Shown here: piece after piece, positions 27,201 through 35,146 of the stretch
Layout: the number at the start of each line of letters is the position of its first letter
Numbering within the stretch: position 1 is the stretch's first letter
Source of the DNA: Candidatus Omnitrophota bacterium
GTDB lineage: Bacteria > Omnitrophota > Gorgyraeia > Pluralincolimonadales > Pluralincolimonadaceae
Length of the DNA stretch: 64,000 nt
Direction of reading: 5' to 3'
NCBI GenBank assembly: GCA_003141835.1
Contig: PLNR01000009.1
Location: 8,307 to 72,306, forward strand
Notes under the pieces: generated by a model
Seen by the model: the letters and a program-made list of their open reading frames with translations, nothing else
Databases searched by the model: none
Told to the model about the DNA's origin: nothing
Position numbers and translations under genes: made by a program

Positions 27201-30200
27201 CATAGAACCGGAGGATCACGGAGGTGCTATTGGTGTAGGGATCATCGAAATTTATACTTAGACTTGTATATACTGGAGGGCTTGTGTCAAGAATTATCGA
27301 GTCATTTGCGGCACCAGACCAGTTACCGGCGACGTCTTTGAACTTGGCATAGACGGTCTTGGTGCCGTTCCCTGTTGCCAGGGTCCAGGATTTCGAGGTC
27401 GAGTAGGCCTCAGCGTCGGACCAAGTGGAATTGTCGTTTGAGAACTGCATCTGGCTTAGCCCGCTACCTGTATCTGTTGCCGAAAGAGTTAAGCTAACGT
27501 TTGCTGAATTGGTATATTGCTCGTCGTTATTTATTACGACTGTACCTGTAGGTGCTGTTGTGTCCGATGGGGTTATCTGTATATTATAAATCTTAAGCTC
27601 ATCAAATATGGCATCGGAGGGCACTCCTCCTTCGCCTCCTCCGCCTATGTATATGTCAGAATTGAAAGTGTCAGGAAGTGCGCCGGTATAGGCAGGTTCA
27701 CCGTTAAATGTCCAACTAACAGGGAGTTGCTGGTAATCAAGGTAGAGTTTCATGCCTGCCGGGCCGTAGGAGGTCGCCAGGTGATGCCAAGTGTTTGCAT
27801 CCCAGAGCCTTGAGGTGGCTGAGACTATGCCGTGCTGGACGCCGTCTTTTACTATCTTAAAATAGAGCGCGTTATCGGAATGTTTGAATATCTCTATACA
27901 GCTGTCCCAGCTCCAGTTGGTTGAGAATAAATGGTGCCAGACGTTATCATCTGAGTTCCAGACAGGCTTAAACCAGAACTCTATCTCCCCTTCCTTCTTA
28001 TTTAGGTCGGCTGAGGAGAATTGGACTAACCCCTCGTTACTACTATCAGAACCGGAGAGATATACTCCGTTTGAGAACTTGGCCGGTACGAAGTTAACGG
28101 TGCCTGTGCCGGTCTGAATTATAGATCCGGAATGGCCGATTGCTTCCGGGGTCTGGATAGAGGCCGCGCTATTTAAGGAGCAATGGAGATTTAATGAGGC
28201 GTCCTCTTCTGAAAGGGTTGTCCTTAAGTGATCCTGGGGAATTGCCATCTTTGGCGTTGAGGCCGAGGAATAGGAGACTTTTGCCGTCGCAAGGCCGCTG
28301 CCATTATAATACTCGACCTTTATATCGTGCCAGCCGGAGGTTAGGTTGACTGTGGCGCTTGTCTCCCCTACACCGTGGTCATACCAGGTGTCTATAAGAA
28401 GTGAGTTATCCACCCAGAGCTTTAGGCCGTCATCTGAGTTGGCATAGAAGGAGTATGTTTCGTTATAGTCGGCTTTGACCTGGCCTGTCCATCTTATAGA
28501 GTATGTGGAGCCCTCTATCGAGCTGTCGGGATAGAACGATAACCAGTCAAAGTCTATGTTCGGGTCAATGCGTCTTATCTTAAGGTTGGTTAAGTCTGAG
28601 TTATCGTAGTATTCGGCCAAGAGGCCGCCGGAGGAGCTATCATTGTTATAATAGAGGTTGGTTGACGGAATAACGGATTTAGCTATGGCAGTTGAGCTCC
28701 AGAGGAGCTTACATACCGCTGAACCGGTGTTCTCAAAATAATCTAGTTCTATATCATAGAGGCCGGGCGATAGGGCAACACTTGCCTGTCTCTCTGTTGC
28801 TCCTCCATTCTGCCAGGCGTCAATTAAGACCTGGCCGTTGACCCAGAGCCTGACTCCGTCATCTGTTGTAGCATAGAAGGTGTAGGTGTCAGAGGCATCT
28901 ATCTTTATCTTGCCCTTCCATTTGGCTGTATAGAGGTCGTTTCCTAAGGCGGCATCGGCCATATTCTCGCCCCAGTCGAAGTTTATTTGGGGGTCTATCT
29001 TAGTCAGGACGTATGAGGTTGGGCCGTAGATGTTAGTATATTTGCTATAGATGCCTTTAAGACCGCCCTGGTTGTATCCTGCCTGGGGCAGCTTGTCGTA
29101 ATAATAGAGATGATCCGAGGGGATTATGGTCTTGTTCGTAGATGAGGTGTTCCAGTAGAGCTTGGCGACAGCCCAGCCTGAACTATTGTAATATTCATAT
29201 TTAATGACATGAAGGCCGGGGTTTAAGTATACGGTCGCCTGGTGGTCTGAAGGGCCGTGGTCGTACCACTCATTTATTATAAGCTGGTTGTCTATCCAGA
29301 GCCGTGAGCCGTCATCTGTAGTCAAATAAAAGGTATAGCTGTCGGCAAAGTCTACCTTTACCTTCCCTGTCCACCGTACTGAGAATGTGGTGGGAGCTAT
29401 CGAGGCCTCCGGAGAATAGTTGCCCCAGTCAAAGTCTATCCTGGGATCGATGCGAGCAACTTTTAAGCCGGTAAAGTCTGAGTTATCGAAGTACTCTGCC
29501 GAAAGCCCGCCTTGGACAGGATCATGGCTATAGAGATCGTAGGCGCCTATGTCTATCCTATTACCTGGTATAGAGGACTCATCGGATGGCGAGCCGGAAT
29601 CTATGCAGGGACTCTCGTTTGCGTCGTTATTGGCTAAGTATTGGAGCTTTAGGAAGTCTGCGGATTCAGGGTCGGTTGATTTAAATAAGGGGTCTAGGAC
29701 AATATCGCCAGGACCAGGAAGTATTCCTCCATAATTCTTTGTGCCGCCTTGGCCGTTATTATAGAGGTCATTATAGCTTAAGACAGCTGAACAATCAGGG
29801 TCCATAACTATGCCATAGCAGGAGGGGTTGTTCAGACCGTTATTTACTATGATGTTGTTTTTGAGATAATTGGGACCGCTGTAATTATTTGACTGTATGC
29901 CGTTTGTGCCGTTGTTATAGATTGTGTTGTTAGAAATAGCGTTGTCATGAGAACCATAACTTAAGTCCACACCCAGCTGGCCGTTAGAGTAGATGAGATT
30001 ATTGTTTACCGCGTTATTACTGGTTCCTCCTACGACTATTATTCCGCCGTAGCCGTTTGAATAGGATTTGTTGCCCTTTACAGTGCAGTAGCTTGAGGAG
30101 CCCTCAAGCCATATGCCTGTGGATGTGTTATTGCGGCAAATATTAGTATCTATAATATTATAGTTGCAGGAGGTATATAGGTATATGCCGCAGGGACGGT

Positions 30201-31176
30201 CGCCTAAGGCGCCTGTTGAGCCGGAGCCGTTTGAGTAACAGGTATTATTTGAGATAACGTTATGATCGGAGGCGTTAACAAGAAAGATACCGCTGTTTGC
30301 GGCATTACGGACGGTAAAGCCGTCTATTTTGATATAGGATGCGCCGTCTAATTTAAAGCCATAGGGGAGTGTGGACTGACCGTCTATTATTACCTCTCCA
30401 TCGGCATGGAAGGTCAATAGCTGGTTGGCAAGACCTGAACGGGTAATTACTACCTGTTCATTATAGGCGCCGGGCTCGACTAGGACTAGATCAGAGGGGT
30501 TAGCGGTATCTGCAGCATGCTGGATGGTAGCCCAGGCGCCGGAAGAGCTGTTCTCGGTTCCGGGGTTATCGTCATCGCCATCAGCACGCACATAGTAGAT
30601 GTTCGCCTGGATGAGCTCGGCGTCGTCGAACTTGGCAGTCAAGTTTGCGTTTGTGCTTATAAAGACAACCCTTACCTTGTTCGCATTAGAAGGCGATATG
30701 GCAGAAATAGCCTGCTTAGCCCAGGCATTGGAAGGGATATTAATAAGCTTGTCCTCCTCGCCCAGCGTAAGGGTATCTTGGCACCAGTAAAGCTTGATGT
30801 AATAATTACCCGTTAGGGTGCCTTGATCCCTTAAGGTCCATATTGAAAATACATAAGGGGTATTTGGCGAGACGCTTACTTCCTGGTATTCGGCGCCGTT
30901 GCCTGAATTTATCCAGGAACACATGGCCGCGCCCCAGCTATCGGTATGATTAGCCCAGGATTCTGTTGTTACGCAGCCGTAGTTCGTCCAATTAGCGGCA
31001 GTTCCCCCGCTTCCGGTGTTGTCCTCGAAGGAAGGATTTAATAATAGATTGGTTGCCGATGCCGAAGGAAAGATGGCAAGCGTGGCGAGCATGAAATAAA
31101 AAAACCAGCGAAAAGCTGGTTTATTGATCAATGACTTATTTGTTCTTGTTACCGCTGGATGCGGGGAGCAATCCAT
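24262..31176 (-). CDS. Giant surface protein: CBM-like, right-handed beta-helix, 3x PA14, LamG, multiple Ig/invasin-like domains, C-terminal LolA-like domain
   Basis: Signal peptide ending ASA; NLLLNPSFE CBM start; N-rich GIxL beta-helix repeats; three PA14 motifs (IDFDWG...WTG...DDG.RLW); IEFWFKP...WHHLA...FDELKIY LamG; DTTAP Ig repeats; TDANGEA Big_1; terminal YSNVYINTGIPDSEF. True start uncertain (31176, 31131 TTG or 31092). Confidence 0.8.
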   Translation of the reverse strand: MDCSPHPAVTRTNKSLINKPAFRWFFYFMLATLAIFPSASATNLLLNPSFEDNTGSGGTAANWTNYGCVTTESWANHTDSWGAAMCSWINSGNGAEYQEVSVSPNTPYVFSIWTLRDQGTLTGNYYIKLYWCQDTLTLGEEDKLINIPSNAWAKQAISAISPSNANKVRVVFISTNANLTAKFDDAELIQANIYYVRADGDDDNPGTENSSSGAWATIQHAADTANPSDLVLVEPGAYNEQVVITRSGLANQLLTFHADGEVIIDGQSTLPYGFKLDGASYIKIDGFTVRNAANSGIFLVNASDHNVISNNTCYSNGSGSTGALGDRPCGIYLYTSCNYNIIDTNICRNNTSTGIWLEGSSSYCTVKGNKSYSNGYGGIIVVGGTSNNAVNNNLIYSNGQLGVDLSYGSHDNAISNNTIYNNGTNGIQSNNYSGPNYLKNNIIVNNGLNNPSCYGIVMDPDCSAVLSYNDLYNNGQGGTKNYGGILPGPGDIVLDPLFKSTDPESADFLKLQYLANNDANESPCIDSGSPSDESSIPGNRIDIGAYDLYSHDPVQGGLSAEYFDNSDFTGLKVARIDPRIDFDWGNYSPEASIAPTTFSVRWTGKVKVDFADSYTFYLTTDDGSRLWIDNQLIINEWYDHGPSDHQATVYLNPGLHVIKYEYYNSSGWAVAKLYWNTSSTNKTIIPSDHLYYYDKLPQAGYNQGGLKGIYSKYTNIYGPTSYVLTKIDPQINFDWGENMADAALGNDLYTAKWKGKIKIDASDTYTFYATTDDGVRLWVNGQVLIDAWQNGGATERQASVALSPGLYDIELDYFENTGSAVCKLLWSSTAIAKSVIPSTNLYYNNDSSSGGLLAEYYDNSDLTNLKIRRIDPNIDFDWLSFYPDSSIEGSTYSIRWTGQVKADYNETYSFYANSDDGLKLWVDNSLLIDTWYDHGVGETSATVNLTSGWHDIKVEYYNGSGLATAKVSYSSASTPKMAIPQDHLRTTLSEEDASLNLHCSLNSAASIQTPEAIGHSGSIIQTGTGTVNFVPAKFSNGVYLSGSDSSNEGLVQFSSADLNKKEGEIEFWFKPVWNSDDNVWHHLFSTNWSWDSCIEIFKHSDNALYFKIVKDGVQHGIVSATSRLWDANTWHHLATSYGPAGMKLYLDYQQLPVSWTFNGEPAYTGALPDTFNSDIYIGGGGEGGVPSDAIFDELKIYNIQITPSDTTAPTGTVVINNDEQYTNSANVSLTLSATDTGSGLSQMQFSNDNSTWSDAEAYSTSKSWTLATGNGTKTVYAKFKDVAGNWSGAANDSIILDTSPPVYTSLSINFDDPYTNSTSVILRFYAYDTQSGITEMKFSNDNVNWSDPEPATSEINYTLPSGSGTKTVYAKAKDGAGNWSGAASDTIILDTTAPAQPTIDAVTSPTNANSQTVTGTKTEDAAAIIVTCSTATIGTVTYPTSTTWSCLLSSLAEGENSISVKAEDAAGNQSGPATTNILLDAAAPSGTVTINSGAQYTNSVAVTLTLSATDNGSDLSQMQFSNDNINWSTPEVYATSKSWTLTTGEGIKTAYAKFKDVAGNWSAAVSDTIILDTASPVIAITSPENNSTSTVSPITVSGTVDDNTATVVIKVNDVVKATPVPVNGAYSASVPLTQGTNTIVAVATDPATNSSNSNSITVNYQQEEVTLSIAITFPADNVLVNTPTITISGTVSDNTATVTIGDIQADVADNTFIASNIPLTEGTNIITAWAVKDTISTQAIINVILDTTPPGISIYAPDNNSTTRSNIVCGRVSDDAQIVTINGAVIEPLADFRFIARPTLSEGADTITIQATDQAGNTNQKQINITYNTQTPKVTITSPVDNAEQDISPINVQGTNTTDLSLIMVNSTTALINNTNFTAEEIVLDTIKTVVTASGYDANNNQFCDSILVNSPDLANYELFKVSGDVTQGDPNCPSAGSNQTLKVRLDKNNQHEPNEEILFSITQGNGSLSSTSSFTDANGEAAITLTTDTNSETTNQVEAHSVSNPLVKTVFSVATKPAQPSVLTKITDDSVTPAPAVTIPLIVKLTDSNNNPIQNETINFQVIQGAGTISSPTTVTTDYGEAEVNLTCPNLALALTQIQVSTNANPFVAVTFNITTSALLTVTADDIIARVNLNDSMIQDTKADITVTSNSPFLAPITYLKIWIKGNKQKVQEISPNPGVYIRPIIEESVATMSKEIVSGDSTSNIYVVKIKKEGQTDEYPYVVNYIDYGKGVIIKTEYHILQNGFETINTSEYSDFVQMENAWGYQNEVDKVYGEGGKLLYTTTHIYSNVYINTGIPDSEFQ
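26455..27570 (-). repeat. Three ~95-aa Ig-like repeats inside the giant gene
   Basis: YTNS..V.L...A.D..S....M.FSND...WS..E......TL..G.G.KT.YAK.KD.AGNWS.A..D.IILDT recurs three times, with visible DNA identity (e.g. gagaactgcatctggcttag twice). Confidence 0.85.
28225..29511 (-). repeat. Three tandem PA14 domains
   Basis: Starts GGLSAEYFDN, GGLKGIYS and GGLLAEYYDN, each followed by IDP.I.FDW, W.G..K, DDG..LW and IP...L ends. Confidence 0.85.
31094..31125 (-). terminator. Intrinsic terminator-like hairpin at the start of the giant gene (possible attenuator)
   Basis: Minus strand AAACCAGC-TTTTC-GCTGG-TTTTTTT-ATTT, about 110 nt downstream of the promoter at 31235-31262. Confidence 0.6.
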
Positions 31177-31234
31177 AGAGTGAGGTGCTCGCTTAAATTT
31201 GACGGGTTAAGTTACTTTGTGCCCACGTGAGCAT

Positions 31235-31262
31235 ATATTAGCACCTATTTTTCCTTTGTCAA
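31235..31262 (-). promoter_or_regulatory. Sigma70 promoter of the island operon
   Basis: Minus strand TTGACA-N16-TAATAT with extended -10 TG (TGCTAATAT). Confidence 0.6.
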
Positions 31263-31277
31263 GAAAAATTCTTATGC

Positions 31278-32348
31278 TTAACTTTTGCCTGTTTCGCGCA
31301 GGCGCAACTGTCCGCAGGCGGCGTCGATGTCGGCGCCTTTTTCTGCCCTTACGGTGGAATTGATCCCCGCTTTTTCAAGTATCTCCTGGAAAATCTTGAC
31401 GTCCTTAAAAGAAGGCGGGGCAAATTTAAAATCGGAGACCGCGTTGAACGGAATGAGGTTCACTTTGCAGTTTAATCCCTTCAGCAGTTTGGCGAGGTTC
31501 TGCGCGTCGGTAGGCGAAGAATTGACGTCCTTGATGAGGATATATTCGAAGGTTATTATCCTTCCCTTCCCTTTGGTGTATTCGCGGCAGAATTCCATAA
31601 GTTCGGCCAGGGGATATTTTTTGTTTATGGGCATGAGCCTTGAGCGTTTTATGTCGTCGGCTGAGTGCAGCGAAACGGAAAGCTCGAACTGTTCTTTCTC
31701 CTGCATGAACCGTTTCATTCCCGGGATGTATCCTGCGGTCGAGACGGTTATCTTCCTGGCGCCGATGCCCAACCCCAACGGGGAATTCATTATCCCGATC
31801 GCCTTGATGACGTTATCATAATTGGCAAGCGGCTCGCCTGTGCCCATCATCACCACATTGGTTATGCGCTTGGCCGCGCCGATATCATCCTGTATGGCGA
31901 GCGCTTGGTCGAGTATCTCGCCGCAGCGCAGGTCCCTCTTGAACCCGAGGAGCCCGCTGGCGCAGAAATAACAGCCAAACGCGCACCCAGCCTGCGACGA
32001 AAGGCATATCGTATGCCTGCCTGTCCCGCCGCCTGCGGGATCTTTGGCCGGGATATAAACACCCTCGACCTCCTCGCCGTCATTTAATTTGAAGAGGTAT
32101 TTCCGCGTGCCGTCGGACTTTGAGACCTGTTTTTTTATTATCTCAGAACCGGAAATTAAGAATTTGTTGGTGAGGTAGTCGCGTAGTTTGGAGGGCAGGT
32201 CTGTCATCAGCCCGAATGTCCTGGCCCCTTTTTTATGTATCCACTCGAAGACCTGTTCGGCCCTGTACGGCGGCTCATTGAGGCTTTTAATGCGCGCCGT
32301 AAGCTCGACGAGCGAGAGGTCCTTTATATCCTCTTTATTTTCGGCCAT
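31278..32348 (-). CDS. rlmN: 23S rRNA/tRNA m2A methyltransferase RlmN
   Basis: CLSSQAGCAFGCYFCASG radical SAM motif, MMGTGEPLAN, SVSLH, VNLIPFN, DIDAACGQL. Confidence 0.96.
   Translation of the reverse strand: MAENKEDIKDLSLVELTARIKSLNEPPYRAEQVFEWIHKKGARTFGLMTDLPSKLRDYLTNKFLISGSEIIKKQVSKSDGTRKYLFKLNDGEEVEGVYIPAKDPAGGGTGRHTICLSSQAGCAFGCYFCASGLLGFKRDLRCGEILDQALAIQDDIGAAKRITNVVMMGTGEPLANYDNVIKAIGIMNSPLGLGIGARKITVSTAGYIPGMKRFMQEKEQFELSVSLHSADDIKRSRLMPINKKYPLAELMEFCREYTKGKGRIITFEYILIKDVNSSPTDAQNLAKLLKGLNCKVNLIPFNAVSDFKFAPPSFKDVKIFQEILEKAGINSTVRAEKGADIDAACGQLRLRETGKS
32016..32041. repeat. Short palindromic element inside rlmN
   Basis: CCTGCCTG-TCCCGC-CGCCT-GCGGGA; encodes the loop insertion DPAGGGTG just before the TICLSSQ strand. 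Confidence 0.55.
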
Positions 32349-32354
32349 CGGTTC

Positions 32355-33668
32355 CTATTCTACTTTGAAGGACCTGTTCGCCGTGGCGGCGTTCCCGTTG
32401 CCGTCGTTCACGAAGAGATATAGCCTGTAGAGGCCTTTTACTGCGGGCGCGGTCATCCTGAATTTTGCCCCGACGTTCTCGAACTTGGCCGGCACTTCTT
32501 CGTTCACGTAATACTGCAGTATCCCTTCCTGCGCGGTGGAAACGGAGAATGAATAATCGAGCGGGTTGCTGTCGATATCAACGGCCTCAGCCGTGATATC
32601 GATGGTCTCGCCCGGGGCGATATTTTTGGTCTTGCTCAATTTTAACTCAACGACGCGGGGCGGAAGGTTGACCTGCCTGCTTCCCGTATATATCTTGTAT
32701 AATTCCCAATACGAGGCCTTCTTCAGCAATTTTTGGTTTATGTTCCACCACGTGAACGATTCCTGCGAGGTCTCCCCGAGATGGAACGCGAAACCCCCGA
32801 TATCGTATCCCTTGAAGTTCATTATCTCATGCGTCATGTTCCTGTATATCGCCGCCTTTGCCTGGTCCGATTCTTCCAACGAGGCGCCGTTCTGGTCCTT
32901 CTTTACGTCCCAGGGCCCGTGCGGGCCGTATTCGGTCACGCAATAAGGGATGTTCAGCCCTGACTTATCCCACTTGGTGTGGGAGATCCTCACACTGCCG
33001 TATATATTCATCCCGAATATATCCAGGCTCGGTACGTATTGCTGGATATAAGGCAACGCCGTCGTATCGGCCGAGGTATAGATTACCGGGTGGTTTGGGT
33101 CGAGTTTATGGACCATCTGCACCGTCTCCTCGAGGAATTTAGCCAAGGCCACGCGTTCCTCCTCGTCCTTCGTGAAGAATAACGCCTCGTTGCCTATGTT
33201 CCACATCAAGAGCGCAGGATGGCCCTTGAATTTAATGACATAATCCATTATCTCCTGCGTCTTCTTCTTTTTATATTCGTTATCTCCGATATACGTGTAC
33301 TCCGTGTCTTTCTTGGCGTAATTTATCCATATCCCGGCGTCGACCATGAGGTCGTACTTCTGAGCCGCATCGAAATATTCCTGCGTGCCCTGGTCGGTGC
33401 CCCAGGTGCGGACCGCGTTTGCTCCCAGCTCCTGCGCCATTTTGAGGTAATCCGCGCCGCCGAGGCCGGCCATTTTACCGACGCCGACGCCTTTGATGTA
33501 GAACGGCTTGCCGTTGACTTCCAAACTCCAGTTGCCTTTCTTTCCGGTGATCTTTACCATGGTTGGAACCACGTCAGTGGTTCCAACCAGACCATCTCCA
33601 TAACATGGCGCGGTAAAAAATAACAATATTAAAGCGATCAGGAGAAATGACGGGTATCGTTTATGCAT
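32355..33668 (-). CDS. Secreted clan GH-A (GH2-like TIM barrel) glycoside hydrolase with C-terminal Ig domain
   Basis: Signal peptide from MHKRYP (33668); NGKPFYIKG, GANAVRTW, LLMWNIGNE (acid/base Glu), YCVTEYGP (nucleophile Glu). Confidence 0.8.
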   Translation of the reverse strand: MHKRYPSFLLIALILLFFTAPCYGDGLVGTTDVVPTMVKITGKKGNWSLEVNGKPFYIKGVGVGKMAGLGGADYLKMAQELGANAVRTWGTDQGTQEYFDAAQKYDLMVDAGIWINYAKKDTEYTYIGDNEYKKKKTQEIMDYVIKFKGHPALLMWNIGNEALFFTKDEEERVALAKFLEETVQMVHKLDPNHPVIYTSADTTALPYIQQYVPSLDIFGMNIYGSVRISHTKWDKSGLNIPYCVTEYGPHGPWDVKKDQNGASLEESDQAKAAIYRNMTHEIMNFKGYDIGGFAFHLGETSQESFTWWNINQKLLKKASYWELYKIYTGSRQVNLPPRVVELKLSKTKNIAPGETIDITAEAVDIDSNPLDYSFSVSTAQEGILQYYVNEEVPAKFENVGAKFRMTAPAVKGLYRLYLFVNDGNGNAATANRSFKVE

Positions 33669-34243
33669 TGTATTATTGCCTTTCCGTTCATGTAGGAAAC
33701 TTCGCTGATGCCGCAATTATCCACCCTTATCCCCTGGAAGATGCGGTCGAAATCCGCATCGAGCGTCTTCGCGAGGTGCGCGGCTATCACGCCCCAGTGC
33801 GTCACGACGCAGATATTTCCGGCGGGATCTTTTCCCAGTATCGACTTGAACGCGCGGTTTACCCTCTTCCTGAATTTCGGCACGCCCTCCCAGCCCGGGA
33901 TCCCTGCCTTCGAAGGGTCCTTAAGCCACATCGCGTATGACCTGGGATAAAGCCTTTTCACCTCGTTCATTGTCTTTCCCTGCCAGACGCCGAGGATTAT
34001 CTCCTGTAAACCGTGATCGAATTTTATCTTCGCCCCGGTCCGCCTCGAGATGATGCGCGCGGTCTGCGCGCAGCGCTTAAGCGGGCTGGAATAAATGATA
34101 TCTACCTTTTTCTTCTTAAGCCGTTTGCCGGCGCTGTTCGCCTGCCGTTTCCCTTTTTCGCTTAAGCCCGGGTCCTTGCTTCCCTGGACCCTCTTCTCCC
34201 TGTTCCAGACCGACTCGCCGTGCCTCAATATGAATAAGTTCAT
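33638..34243 (-). CDS. Histidine phosphatase (phosphoglycerate mutase) family protein
   Basis: LRHGESVWN, SSPLKRC, LQEIILGVWQG, VVTHWGV motifs. Confidence 0.9.
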   Translation of the reverse strand: MNLFILRHGESVWNREKRVQGSKDPGLSEKGKRQANSAGKRLKKKKVDIIYSSPLKRCAQTARIISRRTGAKIKFDHGLQEIILGVWQGKTMNEVKRLYPRSYAMWLKDPSKAGIPGWEGVPKFRKRVNRAFKSILGKDPAGNICVVTHWGVIAAHLAKTLDADFDRIFQGIRVDNCGISEVSYMNGKAIIQCINDTRHFS

Positions 34244-34824
34244 TTTATCAGCGTGAAACTCCGCCTATGAATCGGCGACGGCCCGAATCTCCTTATTGCC
34301 AGGAAATGCAAACGCGTCCCGTAGCCTTTGTGCCTCGCAAACCCGTATTCGGGATAGATTATATCGTAATAAGACATTATGAAGTCCCTCGTCACCTTCG
34401 CGATGATAGAAGCGCAGGCGATCGAAATGGAATGGGATTCGCCGTGTATAATAGTCTTCTTTGGATGGGGCAATTCAGGAGAGATGTTGCCGTCTATGAG
34501 GAGGTAGTCCGGATCTACTCCGAGGTCGTAGACCGCCAGCTCCATCGCGTGAAGGCTCGCCCGCAGGATATTGACCCTGTCTATATCTTTTTCGCCCACT
34601 ATGCCGATCCCGACGACCGCCTTCCGCAATATCTCCTCGTAAGCCCTCTCGCGCGAGAGCCTGGTAAGGGCCTTGGAATCGGCTATCCTGTTCTTGAACC
34701 TGAAATTCCTCAATATGACCGCGGCAGCCACGACCGGGCCTGCCAGGGGGCCGCGGCCTGCCTCATCGATCCCCGCGATCTGTTTTTTGCCCTGCCTGGT
34801 TAGTTTGCGCTCATTATACAACAT
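34240..34824 (-). CDS. rnhB: Ribonuclease HII
   Basis: GIDEAGRGPLAGPV, DSKAL, LIDGN, ASIIAKVTRD, HKGYGT motifs. Confidence 0.96.
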   Translation of the reverse strand: MLYNERKLTRQGKKQIAGIDEAGRGPLAGPVVAAAVILRNFRFKNRIADSKALTRLSRERAYEEILRKAVVGIGIVGEKDIDRVNILRASLHAMELAVYDLGVDPDYLLIDGNISPELPHPKKTIIHGESHSISIACASIIAKVTRDFIMSYYDIIYPEYGFARHKGYGTRLHFLAIRRFGPSPIHRRSFTLIK

Positions 34825-35146
34825 CGGCCTTTTTGCCGACATTTTTACGCATGTAATAGAGTTTGGCCCTCTTCGGATTCGAGGATTTTATAACCTCTAC
34901 CTTATCCACGGAAGGCGAATGGAGCGGGAAAGTCCTCTCTACGCCCTCGCCGTAAGAAACGCGGCGAACAGTGAAGCTCGACGAGATGCCGCTTCCCCTC
35001 TTTTTTATCACTACGCCCTCGAATGACTGGAGGCGGAACTTGTCCTCTTCCCTGATCTTTACGAAGACCTTTACCGTATCGCCGACCTTGAACGCCGGGA
35101 CCTCTTTTTTCATGTAATCTTTTTCTGCGGCTGCGCACTTATTCAT
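34814..35146 (-). CDS. rplS: 50S ribosomal protein L19
   Basis: FKVGDTVKV, RLQSFEGVVI, FTVRRVSYGEGVERTFP, RAKLYYMR. Confidence 0.97.
   Translation of the reverse strand: MNKCAAAEKDYMKKEVPAFKVGDTVKVFVKIREEDKFRLQSFEGVVIKKRGSGISSSFTVRRVSYGEGVERTFPLHSPSVDKVEVIKSSNPKRAKLYYMRKNVGKKADVV

Larger units (their letters stand above)
16700..31270. other. AT-rich accessory island (four secreted/surface protein genes)
   Basis: Clear drop in G+C between fhs and rlmN (illustrative spot counts: 20/60 G+C at 23401-23460 vs 44/60 at 15361-15420). No integrase, transposase or tRNA seen. Boundaries approximate. Confidence 0.65.

Noticed and set aside
26455-29511. Repeats as a CRISPR array or a DGR template/variable region pair
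   Set aside because: They are in-frame protein-domain repeats of about 285-430 nt; no repeat-spacer pattern, no adenine-specific mismatch pattern seen, no cas or reverse transcriptase gene in the window.
16821-31176. Island as prophage, ICE or defence system
   Set aside because: No phage, conjugation, recombinase or recognisable defence domains; all four products have export signals.
16694-31240. GCATATAT(A)TTA-like direct repeat at both island ends (16694-16705 and 31231-31240) as att sites or a target duplication
   Set aside because: Only 8 nt identical, in AT-rich promoter DNA; the right copy is the -10 box; no integrase present. Too weak without comparative genomes.
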